Of a DNA stretch of 64,000 bases, positions 41,237 through 51,490 are shown piece by piece. A program made the translations under genes and the position numbers. The notes below the pieces were generated by a model. The model was not told where the DNA came from. It did no database searches and saw only the letters and a list, made by a program, of their open reading frames with translations. Positions within the stretch are counted from its first letter, which is position 1. Every line of letters starts with the position of its first letter. The stretch lies in NCBI GenBank assembly GCA_048885535.1, contig JBHLLO010000006.1, forward strand, positions 1-64,000, read 5' to 3'. Origin of the DNA: Candidatus Hermodarchaeota archaeon (lineage in GTDB: Archaea > Asgardarchaeota > Lokiarchaeia > Sigyniarchaeales > SOKP01).

Positions 41237-41719
41237 TTGAATACGAATAATATTACTGAGATTGATTTTGGGACTCTGAAAGTAGACCATATATGCTTTA
41301 TTTATAAGAAGGCTGAAAAGCAAGCAAAAATAATGGAAACTTTATTTAAAATGCCAAAATTCAGCTTTTCAGAAGTTATCGATAACCCTGCTATTTATAG
41401 GGGGAAAGAAACAGAGTTTTCTTTGAAGATTGGAATCAGTAGATGTTTTAATACATCAATTGAGATCTTTCAATGGCTCAATGGCGATGGCATTTATAAA
41501 GAATTTGTAGATGCTAACAAGGAGGGATTACATCATTTTGGTTGTTATGTTGATAATCTTGAAAATTATATTAATCACTTTCAGAACAAGGGTATAGAGG
41601 TTATACAAACTGGTTTTTTTAATTTTGGTAAATTACACTATATGTATTTGGATACTGAGAAAATCTTTGGCACTATAATTGAAATTTTGGAAATAATTAA
41701 GAGAAAGAGATCTAAATAG
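41237..41719 (+). CDS. VOC/glyoxalase family protein (methylmalonyl-CoA epimerase-like)
   Basis: VDHIC, IEIFQ, EGLHHFG, YLDT...GTIIE. Confidence 0.85.
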   Translation: MNTNNITEIDFGTLKVDHICFIYKKAEKQAKIMETLFKMPKFSFSEVIDNPAIYRGKETEFSLKIGISRCFNTSIEIFQWLNGDGIYKEFVDANKEGLHHFGCYVDNLENYINHFQNKGIEVIQTGFFNFGKLHYMYLDTEKIFGTIIEILEIIKRKRSK

Positions 41720-41733
41720 CAATCTAATTATAT

Positions 41734-43326
41734 TTAATCCTTTTTTTTAAAATATTCAATTTTTATATCCTTGAAACAGGAATCAATGTCCTCAATATTT
41801 TCTAACTCACTTAATGAAATTCTTGATTTATCGTTAAAATCTTTAGCTGCCCATATTAATTTTAGAAATCTTTGGTGATGATGATGGAACCTTTGGTTTG
41901 CATAATCTTTTGCTTGCTTTGTATAAAGAAGAAAAGGCCAATCACTACCTTCCATTAAGAGAAGCTCTCGAGCAATCTGTTCAAGAATCCTTCTTTCCTC
42001 ACCTGTAGGAGTTAGAAACTTTTGCAAGAGCTCTTCAAATTCTTTAATTGAACCATTGATATAGGGCCAAATCCAACCATGCTCAGGGTTTTTCCAGACT
42101 CTAAAATCACCCCCTTCTCCCCAACTGCTTTCCTTCATTTCAATTATTGAAAAATTCTCTTTATATTTCGAAATGTATTCGGAAATAGTGATCATTTCTA
42201 CTTTATCACTGGAATTAATTAATTTTAAAATACTGTTTAACCAATTGACACCTTCGCCCCACCAATGCCCATATAATTCAAAATCGAATGGTGAAACAAT
42301 GATTCCTGGAAAATCCCATTCTTTAGAAAAATGAGATAACTCTGATTCAATTAAAGATATGAAATGATTAGCATGAGACTGAATGACCTCAATAGCTTTA
42401 TCGATGTCATATAATAGTTTTTTACCATTTTCTATTCTTTTACCGGTTACCCTCCAATAATGCAGACCAGATTCAGGATCCTTCCTATGAAACTCTCTGT
42501 AATATTCATTTCCGGGATATCCTATTCTAGCGTCCCATACTTGTCTACTTGTCTTCTGATTTCGCCCAAAAGCAGAGACTCCTGTTTTTAAGGAAAATCC
42601 AATATTAGTATTCAAACCGACCTCATTTTTCTGTTCTAAGATCTCAGCATTTAAGATTCCCTGGGAATCTACAAAAAAATATTCAATTCCAGAATTATTC
42701 AGCCAATAATCAATACTTTCCCTAATTTTTCCTTGAAAAACTAATTTTGGACGATATGCGCATTCTGGAAGCCAAATACCTTTTGGAGGCTTCCCAAAAT
42801 GTTTTTTATGGGTATCTACAGCCATTTGAATCTGAGAAAAAAGTCCTGAATCACTCTCGAACAATGGTAAAAAACCATGAGTTGCCGCACAAGAAATTAA
42901 TTCAATCATCCCTTCATTTTCTAACCATTTAAAACTTCCTAAAAGATCTCGATAATAATTATGATAGAAGGTATGTAGAATGTATTCAAAATTTTTTAAA
43001 TGGAATTCAGCAATTTTTTTTCTTTGAGGCTGATGCTCAAATCTTTGAATATCAGATTTCGCTCTTTTTATTAAATCATATATATATTCAGAGAAACGTT
43101 GTTTCATATACTCATCAGCCATAAGTTCTGCTAAGATGGGAGTTATATTGATTGTAATCGCTGTTTTAATCCCTCTTTCCTTAAGTTCTCTCAAAACATT
43201 TAATATTGGAATATAAGTTTCTAAAGCTGCTTCGAAATACCAAATTTCGCCTGCAGGCCAAACCCCACTTTTCTTACACCAGGGCATATGCCCATGTAAA
43301 ACTAACCCAAAAAATCCCAGACTCAT
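41734..43326 (-). CDS. GH57 branching enzyme, second paralog
   Basis: LHGHMP, ETYIP, ATHGFLP, WLPECAY, PFDFELYGHWWGEG, LMEGSDWPF. Confidence 0.92.
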   Translation of the reverse strand: MSLGFFGLVLHGHMPWCKKSGVWPAGEIWYFEAALETYIPILNVLRELKERGIKTAITINITPILAELMADEYMKQRFSEYIYDLIKRAKSDIQRFEHQPQRKKIAEFHLKNFEYILHTFYHNYYRDLLGSFKWLENEGMIELISCAATHGFLPLFESDSGLFSQIQMAVDTHKKHFGKPPKGIWLPECAYRPKLVFQGKIRESIDYWLNNSGIEYFFVDSQGILNAEILEQKNEVGLNTNIGFSLKTGVSAFGRNQKTSRQVWDARIGYPGNEYYREFHRKDPESGLHYWRVTGKRIENGKKLLYDIDKAIEVIQSHANHFISLIESELSHFSKEWDFPGIIVSPFDFELYGHWWGEGVNWLNSILKLINSSDKVEMITISEYISKYKENFSIIEMKESSWGEGGDFRVWKNPEHGWIWPYINGSIKEFEELLQKFLTPTGEERRILEQIARELLLMEGSDWPFLLYTKQAKDYANQRFHHHHQRFLKLIWAAKDFNDKSRISLSELENIEDIDSCFKDIKIEYFKKKD

Positions 43327-43360
43327 AATTTATGTATAAATTAGTGTTTGATTTTAGAAA

Positions 43361-44509
43361 TTAAATTTGTTCACCAAGATCGATTACCTTATCTCTCAAT
43401 TCTAAATCATCACTTACCTTACTAGTTGGAGCGACAATTGTATTATATAAAACTACATTATTACCTATTTCGCAATTATCACAAATGACGGATTCTATAA
43501 TTTTGCAACCTGCTCCTATTTTAACATTATCCCAGATTACACTTTTTTCTAATATAGTATCTTCTCCAATCTTAACTTGATTTCCTATTGAAGTCAATTC
43601 TTTTATTTTAACCCTATTTCCAAGCTCTACAAATTCTCCAAAACAGGTAGGTTTTTCAATGGTTACATTTTGTCCAGAGTCAATAATACCCATAACAAAA
43701 ACTTCATCATATTCCTCTCCGTTTGGAGTAATTGGCCATGCATACTTACGTAACAAATCCCAATTTGCCCATTTATAGGTTTGGGCATTTCCACAATCTA
43801 ACCAATAATAATTTTTTACAAACCCATATAGATCAAATTCATTTTCGAGTAAAAATGGAAATACTTCTCCCCCAAAATCCATCAATTTAGTCTTAGTAAG
43901 AACGTCTGCTATTTCTTTTTTGAAACAATAGATACCCGTATTTATAATATTTGTATGTAAAAATAAATCTGTTCTCTGAGCCATACTACTTAAATATAAT
44001 TCCATTGGAGCAGGTTTCTCTAAAAATAAGTATATCTTTCTATTTTTATCTAGCAATACTACCCCATACTGACTGGTATGACTTTCACTAGTTTTCATCG
44101 AAATGGTCGCCATACCTCCTTTTTCAGTGTGGAATTTCATAAAATCTTTCATTGGAAGATTAGTTACTATATCTGCCATACTAACTACGGTTTTTTCAGA
44201 ATCTATTTTATCAATTGAAAGTCTATATGCATCAGCGGTACCCTTACTTTCCTGAATTAAACATTCTAGTTCAACATCTCCTAACTTATCTGGGGTCCAC
44301 GTTTTTTTAATATGCTCCTTTATTAATTTTCCTTGCCATGCTAATGCTAGAATTATATACTTGATATCTGCATATATTAAATGTGCTATAGAATAGTCCA
44401 CCATCGGCTTATTTGTGACCTTTACTAACGGTTTTGGAATTTGAGATGTCAAGGGCATTAATCTAGTGCCCCTACCACCAGCTAATATAATTGCTGACCA
44501 TTCTCTCAA
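43361..44509 (-). CDS. NDP-sugar pyrophosphorylase (mannose-1-phosphate guanylyltransferase-like) with hexapeptide-repeat C-terminus
   Basis: ILAGGRGTRLMPLT..PKPL, GTAD, FLEKP, INTGIY, YWLDCG, beta-helix repeats. Confidence 0.9.
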   Translation of the reverse strand: MREWSAIILAGGRGTRLMPLTSQIPKPLVKVTNKPMVDYSIAHLIYADIKYIILALAWQGKLIKEHIKKTWTPDKLGDVELECLIQESKGTADAYRLSIDKIDSEKTVVSMADIVTNLPMKDFMKFHTEKGGMATISMKTSESHTSQYGVVLLDKNRKIYLFLEKPAPMELYLSSMAQRTDLFLHTNIINTGIYCFKKEIADVLTKTKLMDFGGEVFPFLLENEFDLYGFVKNYYWLDCGNAQTYKWANWDLLRKYAWPITPNGEEYDEVFVMGIIDSGQNVTIEKPTCFGEFVELGNRVKIKELTSIGNQVKIGEDTILEKSVIWDNVKIGAGCKIIESVICDNCEIGNNVVLYNTIVAPTSKVSDDLELRDKVIDLGEQI

Positions 44510-44644
44510 TGAATCTTCCTCAAATAATAATCATTATTTATATGGATAATAGCAGATATAAATCTAGTTTTATTTGAAATTTAAAAGTTATTAAAATGAA
44601 TAGAAAGGTTCGTTTTTAAAATAAATTTAAAAACATGTACAAAT

Positions 44645-45916
44645 TTAATGATATGATTCCAATGCCTCTCTAACTTCTTTTGCGGCAATGTGAGGTAGCT
44701 TTCTTGCAACTCTCATATCATCTGCCATCTCTGCGCCACCAATGATTTCATGAGGTATTATATCACCAAACAAGTGAAAATTATCATCATATCCATATGG
44801 ACAACAGTTAAATAAGATATTTCGATTTTTATCAATCTTGATATCATCTAAAGCTTGAAAAAGCATTTTTATTATTTTCGCTAAATCATTTATTTGATTA
44901 ATTTTCAATTGCGAAAATCTTCTTAAATGTTCATTTGGGTGAAATCTAATATGGTAGTTTCTAACTGGACTTCCAGTAGTATAAAAAGTCCAAAAATTAG
45001 TTTTTATTATAATACGATCAGTATCTCCATGAGTAGTTTCGCAGAGATGGCAATCGTCTCCCATCTCTTTGAACGCTCGTAAAAAGCCTTCTAATCTAGA
45101 ACCATGACCATCTCCATTTAGATCAATATAAGTCTGACTATGGATACGTGGTTGAGACCCTCCAACCTTAGTTCCAATATTAAAAAAAGGATTAACTGGA
45201 ATATCATAATAATTTCTCTCAATTGCTTCTAAAATACAGTTTATTATCGCCTCTTTCATAGAGATAAATATAGCTGATAAAACTTCTTCAGGAATAATTT
45301 TAAAATTGAGCGATGGATAGAAATCTTTTGAAATAGTAATCAAATTTATACCCTCTGCCAATTTTAGATGAGCTGGTAATTGTTTCAGTATAGAACTCTT
45401 AACCTCAGGGTCAATTACTCGTGCCATTGAAGGATATCTATTGATTAAAGTCATAGCTTTACAACTTTTTGAAATTTTAACTAATCTATGGGGCTCATCG
45501 CTAAAAGGATTGTCCTTTTTTTTTTCACCCTCAGTTATTATGATAGTATAACCATCACCAAGGAGTTTACCATCACTTCGATGAATAGCTTTTCCCTCTG
45601 TAATAGCCATAAACACATCCTTTACCTCATCTAATTCAAAGTCTACTATATCTTTCGACTCACTTTTTTTTTCTTTAGTTTTATAACCTTTAGGTCTTTT
45701 CCCACGTATAGGAGATATATAAGAATAATGACCTGAGAACCTTTTTTGCTTTTTATGAAGTCCATAATTATTTGAACTTAACACAACTGTAGATAAGGGA
45801 TCCCATCTTTTAATCGGAACTTCATAAATATCTTCAAAATTTTCTTTACTTATTATGCCCCATTCCATGAAGGCAGGGGATAATTTATCATTATTTTGAT
45901 TCACAATTCTCACCAT
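44645..45916 (-). CDS. GalT/HIT-superfamily nucleotidyltransferase
   Basis: RWDPL, RGKRP, NRYP, FFNIG..VGGSQPRIHSQ, CHLC, FHLFGDIIP. Confidence 0.75.
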   Translation of the reverse strand: MVRIVNQNNDKLSPAFMEWGIISKENFEDIYEVPIKRWDPLSTVVLSSNNYGLHKKQKRFSGHYSYISPIRGKRPKGYKTKEKKSESKDIVDFELDEVKDVFMAITEGKAIHRSDGKLLGDGYTIIITEGEKKKDNPFSDEPHRLVKISKSCKAMTLINRYPSMARVIDPEVKSSILKQLPAHLKLAEGINLITISKDFYPSLNFKIIPEEVLSAIFISMKEAIINCILEAIERNYYDIPVNPFFNIGTKVGGSQPRIHSQTYIDLNGDGHGSRLEGFLRAFKEMGDDCHLCETTHGDTDRIIIKTNFWTFYTTGSPVRNYHIRFHPNEHLRRFSQLKINQINDLAKIIKMLFQALDDIKIDKNRNILFNCCPYGYDDNFHLFGDIIPHEIIGGAEMADDMRVARKLPHIAAKEVREALESYH

Positions 45917-46182
45917 GTCAGGCTTATTTGTAACTAATTATTTACATTTTATTCAATTTATTTAATTACTCATTCTTTTTAGTTAAATATGTATTTATAT
46001 AAATGTTTAGATTTTTATCAAAATATTAAAAATTTTTAATTTTTACCATTCTGACACTTATGTATAAAAACATAGGAAGAATTAGTTTTTTACATAACAA
46101 ATAAAATAAAAAAAAGAGAAAAAGGTAAAAAAACTTTTTAAACAACCAATTTAACTACTACTTATACTATATAAAAGATTTT

Positions 46183-46473
46183 CTAGTATTCCAACCTCTT
46201 TACAATTTTATACGTTTTAAATTCTCGAACTGGTTCAGAATTTTCATCCAATTTTTCGAAGGGCACTCGTACGAAATGCTCATCATCAAAATCTTCTATA
46301 TTAGTATTATTAAATTGCACCATATTTTTGGCGGCTTTAAGTTCTTTTAAAAGGAAGTCTCGAACTGCACATCTTATTAGTTCAGATCGAGATGGGTAAA
46401 GACCATTCTCTCCAATTAATTTGTTGATTGCATCAATATAACTTTCGGGTACATTAACTGTGACGATCTTCAT
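46183..46473 (-). CDS. Ribbon-helix-helix (CopG/MetJ) regulator, CdrS-like
   Basis: MKIVTVNVP...GLYPSRSELIRCAVRDFL. Confidence 0.85.
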   Translation of the reverse strand: MKIVTVNVPESYIDAINKLIGENGLYPSRSELIRCAVRDFLLKELKAAKNMVQFNNTNIEDFDDEHFVRVPFEKLDENSEPVREFKTYKIVKRLEY

Positions 46474-46968
46474 ATAATAATCGCCTTAACCTCTAATTTT
46501 TGTTGAATTTTCTTTATATTATTAATTATTTCAATATGATATATAAACCTTTTTTTTTAACCTATTAATATATTTTTAAAATTCAAATATTTCTTATTTG
46601 TAAATATTGCAGAGATCATTAAAGATATAGTATTAAAGTTAAGAATGCTTAAAAGATTAGCTTTTAAACGACTACTTATTCAGCCAAATGAAAATATTTT
46701 TGAAAAATTTATATAGCACATTGAAAAAGTTACAATTTTTTTCAAAAAAAAGCAAAGAACCAAAATTCAATTTTTAAAAGTTAAAAAAATTTTTTTTTTC
46801 CTATTTTTTCCTAAGAGAAACTGGAAATCACCTATTTATGTAATTATTATTCGATAATTGATAAGCTGTCAACCTTTTTGCCTATTTTTAACTTCTAAAT
46901 ATTTAAAATTTATTTTTTAAAGAAATTTCTTAATTAATTCCTAAATATATTTTTTTAATCTAAAATAT

Positions 46969-48021
46969 TCAATATTCATTGATTAAACTGACGGTATTTT
47001 TTAGATCTTGCTTTCCCCGTGCAAATTTTCTAATGTTTTCAATTATCTCATCCCATCTTAATAAATCTTTGAATGGGGAATATCCACGATGAGGAGATAA
47101 TACAATATTATCAAGTTCGTGAAAAGGAAAATTAAATGGATATTTCTTTCCTTCCTTATCCGATTGAGGTTCATAATTATACCAGACATCTATTGCTGCT
47201 CCCAAGATTTTTCGGTTTCTTAAAGCAAAATATAAATCTTCTTCATTAATTATTTCGCCCCGAGATACATTAACTAGTAAACCGGTCGATCCCAATAATT
47301 CTAACTCTCGTTCTTTTATCATTTCTTTAGTGAGAGAGGTAACAGGCAAAGCAATTATAAGTATGTCTATTATTTCTAAGAATTCATGAAGTTGATTTGA
47401 TTCGTATTTTACCACTTCAGTTGGAAGAGTTGTACTTTGCTTATTCCAATCTCTTCTAAGAATATGAAACTCATTATTAAAGCCTGAAAGCATTTTATGT
47501 ATTTTTTGATTAATAGCACCATAACCTAAGAGACCTATCTTCCTAAATCTGAGTGGAATTGAAGCTGCCTCTTTATCACCTGTTCTCCATATCCCTTGAT
47601 TCATCCAATTATGATGTAGAATAATTTTATTCATAAGAGCTAATAATAAAGCTATTGTATGTTGAGCTACAAAATAAGAATTCCCATGTCCGTTTATCAA
47701 AATTACATTTCTTTCTTTATTAATTTCTTTAAAATCATTGATTAGGTGGTGAATACCAGCACCTGGGTTAATAAATACTTTCAATTTTTTTGCATGAGAC
47801 AAAATATTTTTAGATGGTCTCCAACCGATCAAAATATCTGCTTCTGAAACAGATTCAATTAAATTTTCTTCAGAATAATCTTTTGGAAATGTAATTCTTA
47901 CATTTGAGACCTGTTTTAATTGATTTAAGAAATAGTTCTTTACTTGCTCTGGGATATCGGAAATAAAACATATTTCAACCTCTTTGTTAAAATTAGATTT
48001 AATATTTTCTTTTTCTCTCAT
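46969..48021 (-). CDS. D-isomer-specific 2-hydroxyacid dehydrogenase family protein
   Basis: GLLGYGAI, VNVSRG, AAIDVW, LSPHRG. Confidence 0.9.
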   Translation of the reverse strand: MREKENIKSNFNKEVEICFISDIPEQVKNYFLNQLKQVSNVRITFPKDYSEENLIESVSEADILIGWRPSKNILSHAKKLKVFINPGAGIHHLINDFKEINKERNVILINGHGNSYFVAQHTIALLLALMNKIILHHNWMNQGIWRTGDKEAASIPLRFRKIGLLGYGAINQKIHKMLSGFNNEFHILRRDWNKQSTTLPTEVVKYESNQLHEFLEIIDILIIALPVTSLTKEMIKERELELLGSTGLLVNVSRGEIINEEDLYFALRNRKILGAAIDVWYNYEPQSDKEGKKYPFNFPFHELDNIVLSPHRGYSPFKDLLRWDEIIENIRKFARGKQDLKNTVSLINEY

Positions 48022-48137
48022 GGTTATTTACAATTTATTTTTCTTAGCAATAGAAATTTCTCTTCAATAAATTTTTATATATTTATCATTGCTATATTTA
48101 TAATTAGAAAGTATACAAAACAATAAAGGTTTAAATT

Positions 48138-49526
48138 TTGTCAGAAGAAAAATTATTTGAAATCTTTATCAATAGTCTAAATTTCGATGTTAATGATTAT
48201 TTAGTTGAGGAACTTAGTGATCTCCAGAATAAAATAATCGAGAACGCAACATTTATCTTCAAAGAGAATATTTTAGGAGATCCCAAAACATTTGGTGGCT
48301 CAATTAAACAAAATGAAGATAAATATAATGAATTTATGAAAAAAGCTGAATTAGAACTGGAAAACGTAAAATATAAAGAAATTAAGAAAATCCTAAAAGA
48401 TTATCTGAAGAAATTAAAGGAATTAATCCTTAAAACTTGTGTTGCTATTATCCCCGTTAAAGAATTACCATGGGTTAATGTAATTTTTCGAACTATACCT
48501 AGAATCATTTATGAGGATAATAATTTAAAATTTTTGGAAAATTCCATTGCTTATTATGGTGAAGTCAAATGCTTTCTCGAAAGGACTACCGTTTATGGTA
48601 AAATTAAAGATCAAAAGCCGTTATTTGCCCCCTTTACTGGTAATCTGGATTTAAAGGGATACAAAGTAAGCGATACAGGAAAAGAGCAAAAATCGCAAAA
48701 TTTTTCCTTTGTAAATGCTATTATTAATTCTATGGAATCTACCGTAGTTATAAGCCAATTATCTAAATATCATGAGAATTATCAGAGACATGGAGACCCA
48801 ATTTGCGATTATTTTATGGATAATGATGAATTACTGGAATCAATGGAAAAAGTTAATTCTGGCTTAGAAGCTGGCAGAACTAAATTAGATATTGCAATTT
48901 GTGGTTTAGCATTCCCAATTCCATCTGATAACACGACGTTAATGTTAGTTACTGAGGAAGGCGAAGATCAAGGTAAATATGCAAGATGTTTTGAAGCGCT
49001 CTTGAAACTCTCTGCTGCTAGTTGTCAAGCACCTTCAATAAAAAAAGAAATGCTCGCTGAGCAATCCAATGGTGTCGGCTCACCAGGAAGTCCTGAATTA
49101 AAAACATGGACTCAGGAAGAATTAGTACAAGAGGCTCAAAAAAGGATGACTGCCCAACCTGACATTCCTTCTTGGACAGAAGAGGAACTAGAAAAATTTA
49201 GTTCTGAAAGAAGTTCGGGAATTCCAGAGGATATGGAAGTTTGGACAGAAGAAGAATTACAAGACTTAGCTGAAAAAAGGCGTGGAGGAGGATTAAATAT
49301 CCCAGAATGGACCCCAGATGAAGAATTAGCAGAATGTTCTTGTGGGTACAGTCTTAGACCTGGTTGGAGTAAATGTCCAATTTGTGGGACGCCTGTTGGA
49401 GAGCCTTCGTCATTAGACGAACACAAAGAGGAATCAACTAAGGAATCTGAGTTAGAACCTAGTGACGAAAAATCTGAAACAAATAGTGATATAGAAGAAG
49501 AACATACAAAAAATGACGAAGATTGA
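48138..49526 (+). CDS. Hypothetical protein with four WT(E/Q/P)xE repeats, a zinc ribbon and an acidic tail
   Basis: WTQEEL, WTEEEL, WTEEEL, WTPDEEL; CSCG...CPICG. Confidence 0.78.
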   Translation: MSEEKLFEIFINSLNFDVNDYLVEELSDLQNKIIENATFIFKENILGDPKTFGGSIKQNEDKYNEFMKKAELELENVKYKEIKKILKDYLKKLKELILKTCVAIIPVKELPWVNVIFRTIPRIIYEDNNLKFLENSIAYYGEVKCFLERTTVYGKIKDQKPLFAPFTGNLDLKGYKVSDTGKEQKSQNFSFVNAIINSMESTVVISQLSKYHENYQRHGDPICDYFMDNDELLESMEKVNSGLEAGRTKLDIAICGLAFPIPSDNTTLMLVTEEGEDQGKYARCFEALLKLSAASCQAPSIKKEMLAEQSNGVGSPGSPELKTWTQEELVQEAQKRMTAQPDIPSWTEEELEKFSSERSSGIPEDMEVWTEEELQDLAEKRRGGGLNIPEWTPDEELAECSCGYSLRPGWSKCPICGTPVGEPSSLDEHKEESTKESELEPSDEKSETNSDIEEEHTKNDED

Positions 49527-49697
49527 AGTATTTAATACATACTTTGAGAAATTAATATCAATTTCCTATATACATTCAATTTAATTTATCAAAAAAATCA
49601 AAAAGTATAAAACCAGCGAAATTGACTTAGATTCCAAACTTTTTTTAATAATTTTTTATTTACAACTTTAAGGAAATAAATCTTTAAGGAAAATTTA

Positions 49698-50711
49698 TTG
49701 TTATCCACTATTTTTTTATTGAAGAGTAAAAACTTTAACGATCTTGACCAGTTAGATATTTATAGTTATCCAGAAGATATTACTAAAAAATATGGAAGAG
49801 ATTTTATCAAGAATATAATTCTTGGACATGATCAAGGTAATAAACTCGTTGAGCCTCAAGCTCCTGAGATTAATAACATAAAACCAGATAATTATATTAT
49901 AAGTATACCCATCCCTCAAAAATTTGGAGAACAACATATATACACTATGTGTATTAATTCAAAGATCATTATCGGTCTTATTTTTGACAACGAGGATAAC
50001 CCTTATGATTATAAGGAAATTTTCGAAGATTTATCTCATGAATTACTAAATAATGAGCATTGTTGTTCTTTTGAAGATGATTTGGAAATAGAAAACTTTC
50101 TAATAACATTATTTATCGATTTACGTAGATATGGGGATGAAATTTTAGAAAAATATCCTGAAACAATCTTTCAGCCAATAATCAGTTTTACTAAAGTTTT
50201 CTTATCTGGAATAGACGAAGTAGGGAAAAGTTCATTAATAAGAAGGTTAAAAACAGGGCAATTCGATGATAATTTTTTCACACCAACCCGAAAGTTCGAC
50301 ATTGAATATATCCAAAAAGAAAAAGGAGTTCTTGCTTTCTGGGATATTCCGGGTCAAATATCTTTCCGTGAGAAATGGTTAAAGGGTATCCAGGATTCCA
50401 ATATATTAGTTTATATGATTGATATTGCTAATCAATTACGATTTGAAGAATCAAAAAAAGAATTTTGGAAAGTTATAAATGAAGAAACTACAGCAGAAAT
50501 ACCTATCTTAATCCTCGGAAATAAAATAGATTTAATCAAAGATTCCACAGAAAATAATCAAGATCAGTTATTCAGAGTGAAAAATGAAATTATCAATTAT
50601 TTTGAGTTTAATCAAATAAAAGGCAGAGATTGGGAGTTCATACTTACATCTGTTAAAACTACTTATAATATTGAAAGTGTATTACCAATAATTTATAATC
50701 TAATTTCCTGA
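49698..50711 (+). CDS. Arf/Sar-like small GTPase with N-terminal longin/uDENN-like domain
   Basis: G1 GIDEVGKSS, G2 PT, G3 WDIPGQ, G4 NKID, G5 TSVK; ~160-aa alpha/beta N-terminal extension (fold inferred). Confidence 0.85.
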   Translation: MLSTIFLLKSKNFNDLDQLDIYSYPEDITKKYGRDFIKNIILGHDQGNKLVEPQAPEINNIKPDNYIISIPIPQKFGEQHIYTMCINSKIIIGLIFDNEDNPYDYKEIFEDLSHELLNNEHCCSFEDDLEIENFLITLFIDLRRYGDEILEKYPETIFQPIISFTKVFLSGIDEVGKSSLIRRLKTGQFDDNFFTPTRKFDIEYIQKEKGVLAFWDIPGQISFREKWLKGIQDSNILVYMIDIANQLRFEESKKEFWKVINEETTAEIPILILGNKIDLIKDSTENNQDQLFRVKNEIINYFEFNQIKGRDWEFILTSVKTTYNIESVLPIIYNLIS

Positions 50712-50815
50712 ACTTAATCATTAAATTTATAAATCTAGACATTTAACTTTCTAATATATTAAATATAATCTTAATATCAAATTATTTACTTCTATAAAGA
50801 TTCTTGTGATTAACC

Positions 50816-51412
50816 ATGTTTAAACGTTTGAAAAAAGATTTGCAGATAAATATCGAAGAGAAAGATGGACATCTATTCTTGGGAGAAGCTAAAAAAGACA
50901 TTCGCCTTGTTATGCTACGTCCTAATGAAATTCTTGAGTTTGCTGAATTTGCTGGTACAAATGCAGATGATATAATTATATGGGTTGGGAAATCTCTAGG
51001 AAAAATTCTAATGGAAAAATACTTTTATAAAAAGGACTGGAACACTGAAACGATTGCTGTGAAAAAAGAGGTTGTATTAGGTGTTTTAGAATCATTAATT
51101 CTTATGGGTTATGGCGCTCTAACAGGTACTTTTAAGAAAGACCATATTATTATTAATGTTTATGAATCATTGGCAGCTGCGGAACAAGAAAATATAATGG
51201 CAAAAAACCTATGTCTTCTATATTTGGGGATATTTAATGGCATATTTGAGGTTTTAACTATTGACGTTGATGGGAAAGAGATTGAGTGTATTCTCACAGG
51301 TGGAGAAAAATGTTCATATAAATTTGATTTGATTGGGGAAGAACTACCGAATAACTTAATAGATGAAGAAATGTCAGAACAGGCAGTTTCTGATTTTTTA
51401 GCCTCCCTATAA
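50816..51412 (+). CDS. V4R domain protein (Bet3/TRAPP/V4R fold)
   Basis: VGKSLG, MGYG, LC...GIFNGIF, EIECILTGGEKCSY. Confidence 0.85.
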   Translation: MFKRLKKDLQINIEEKDGHLFLGEAKKDIRLVMLRPNEILEFAEFAGTNADDIIIWVGKSLGKILMEKYFYKKDWNTETIAVKKEVVLGVLESLILMGYGALTGTFKKDHIIINVYESLAAAEQENIMAKNLCLLYLGIFNGIFEVLTIDVDGKEIECILTGGEKCSYKFDLIGEELPNNLIDEEMSEQAVSDFLASL

Positions 51413-51490
51413 ATCATGTGATCTAATTATTACTAATAGAAAATTTATAAAGCTTTATTTGTATTAGAATTTAGGTAAGGCTAAAATTAT

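Noticed and set aside
49100-49330. Myb/SANT repeats suggested by WTEEE
   Set aside because: The spacing of ~22 aa is far shorter than a ~50-aa Myb repeat, and the other helices and Trp positions are absent.
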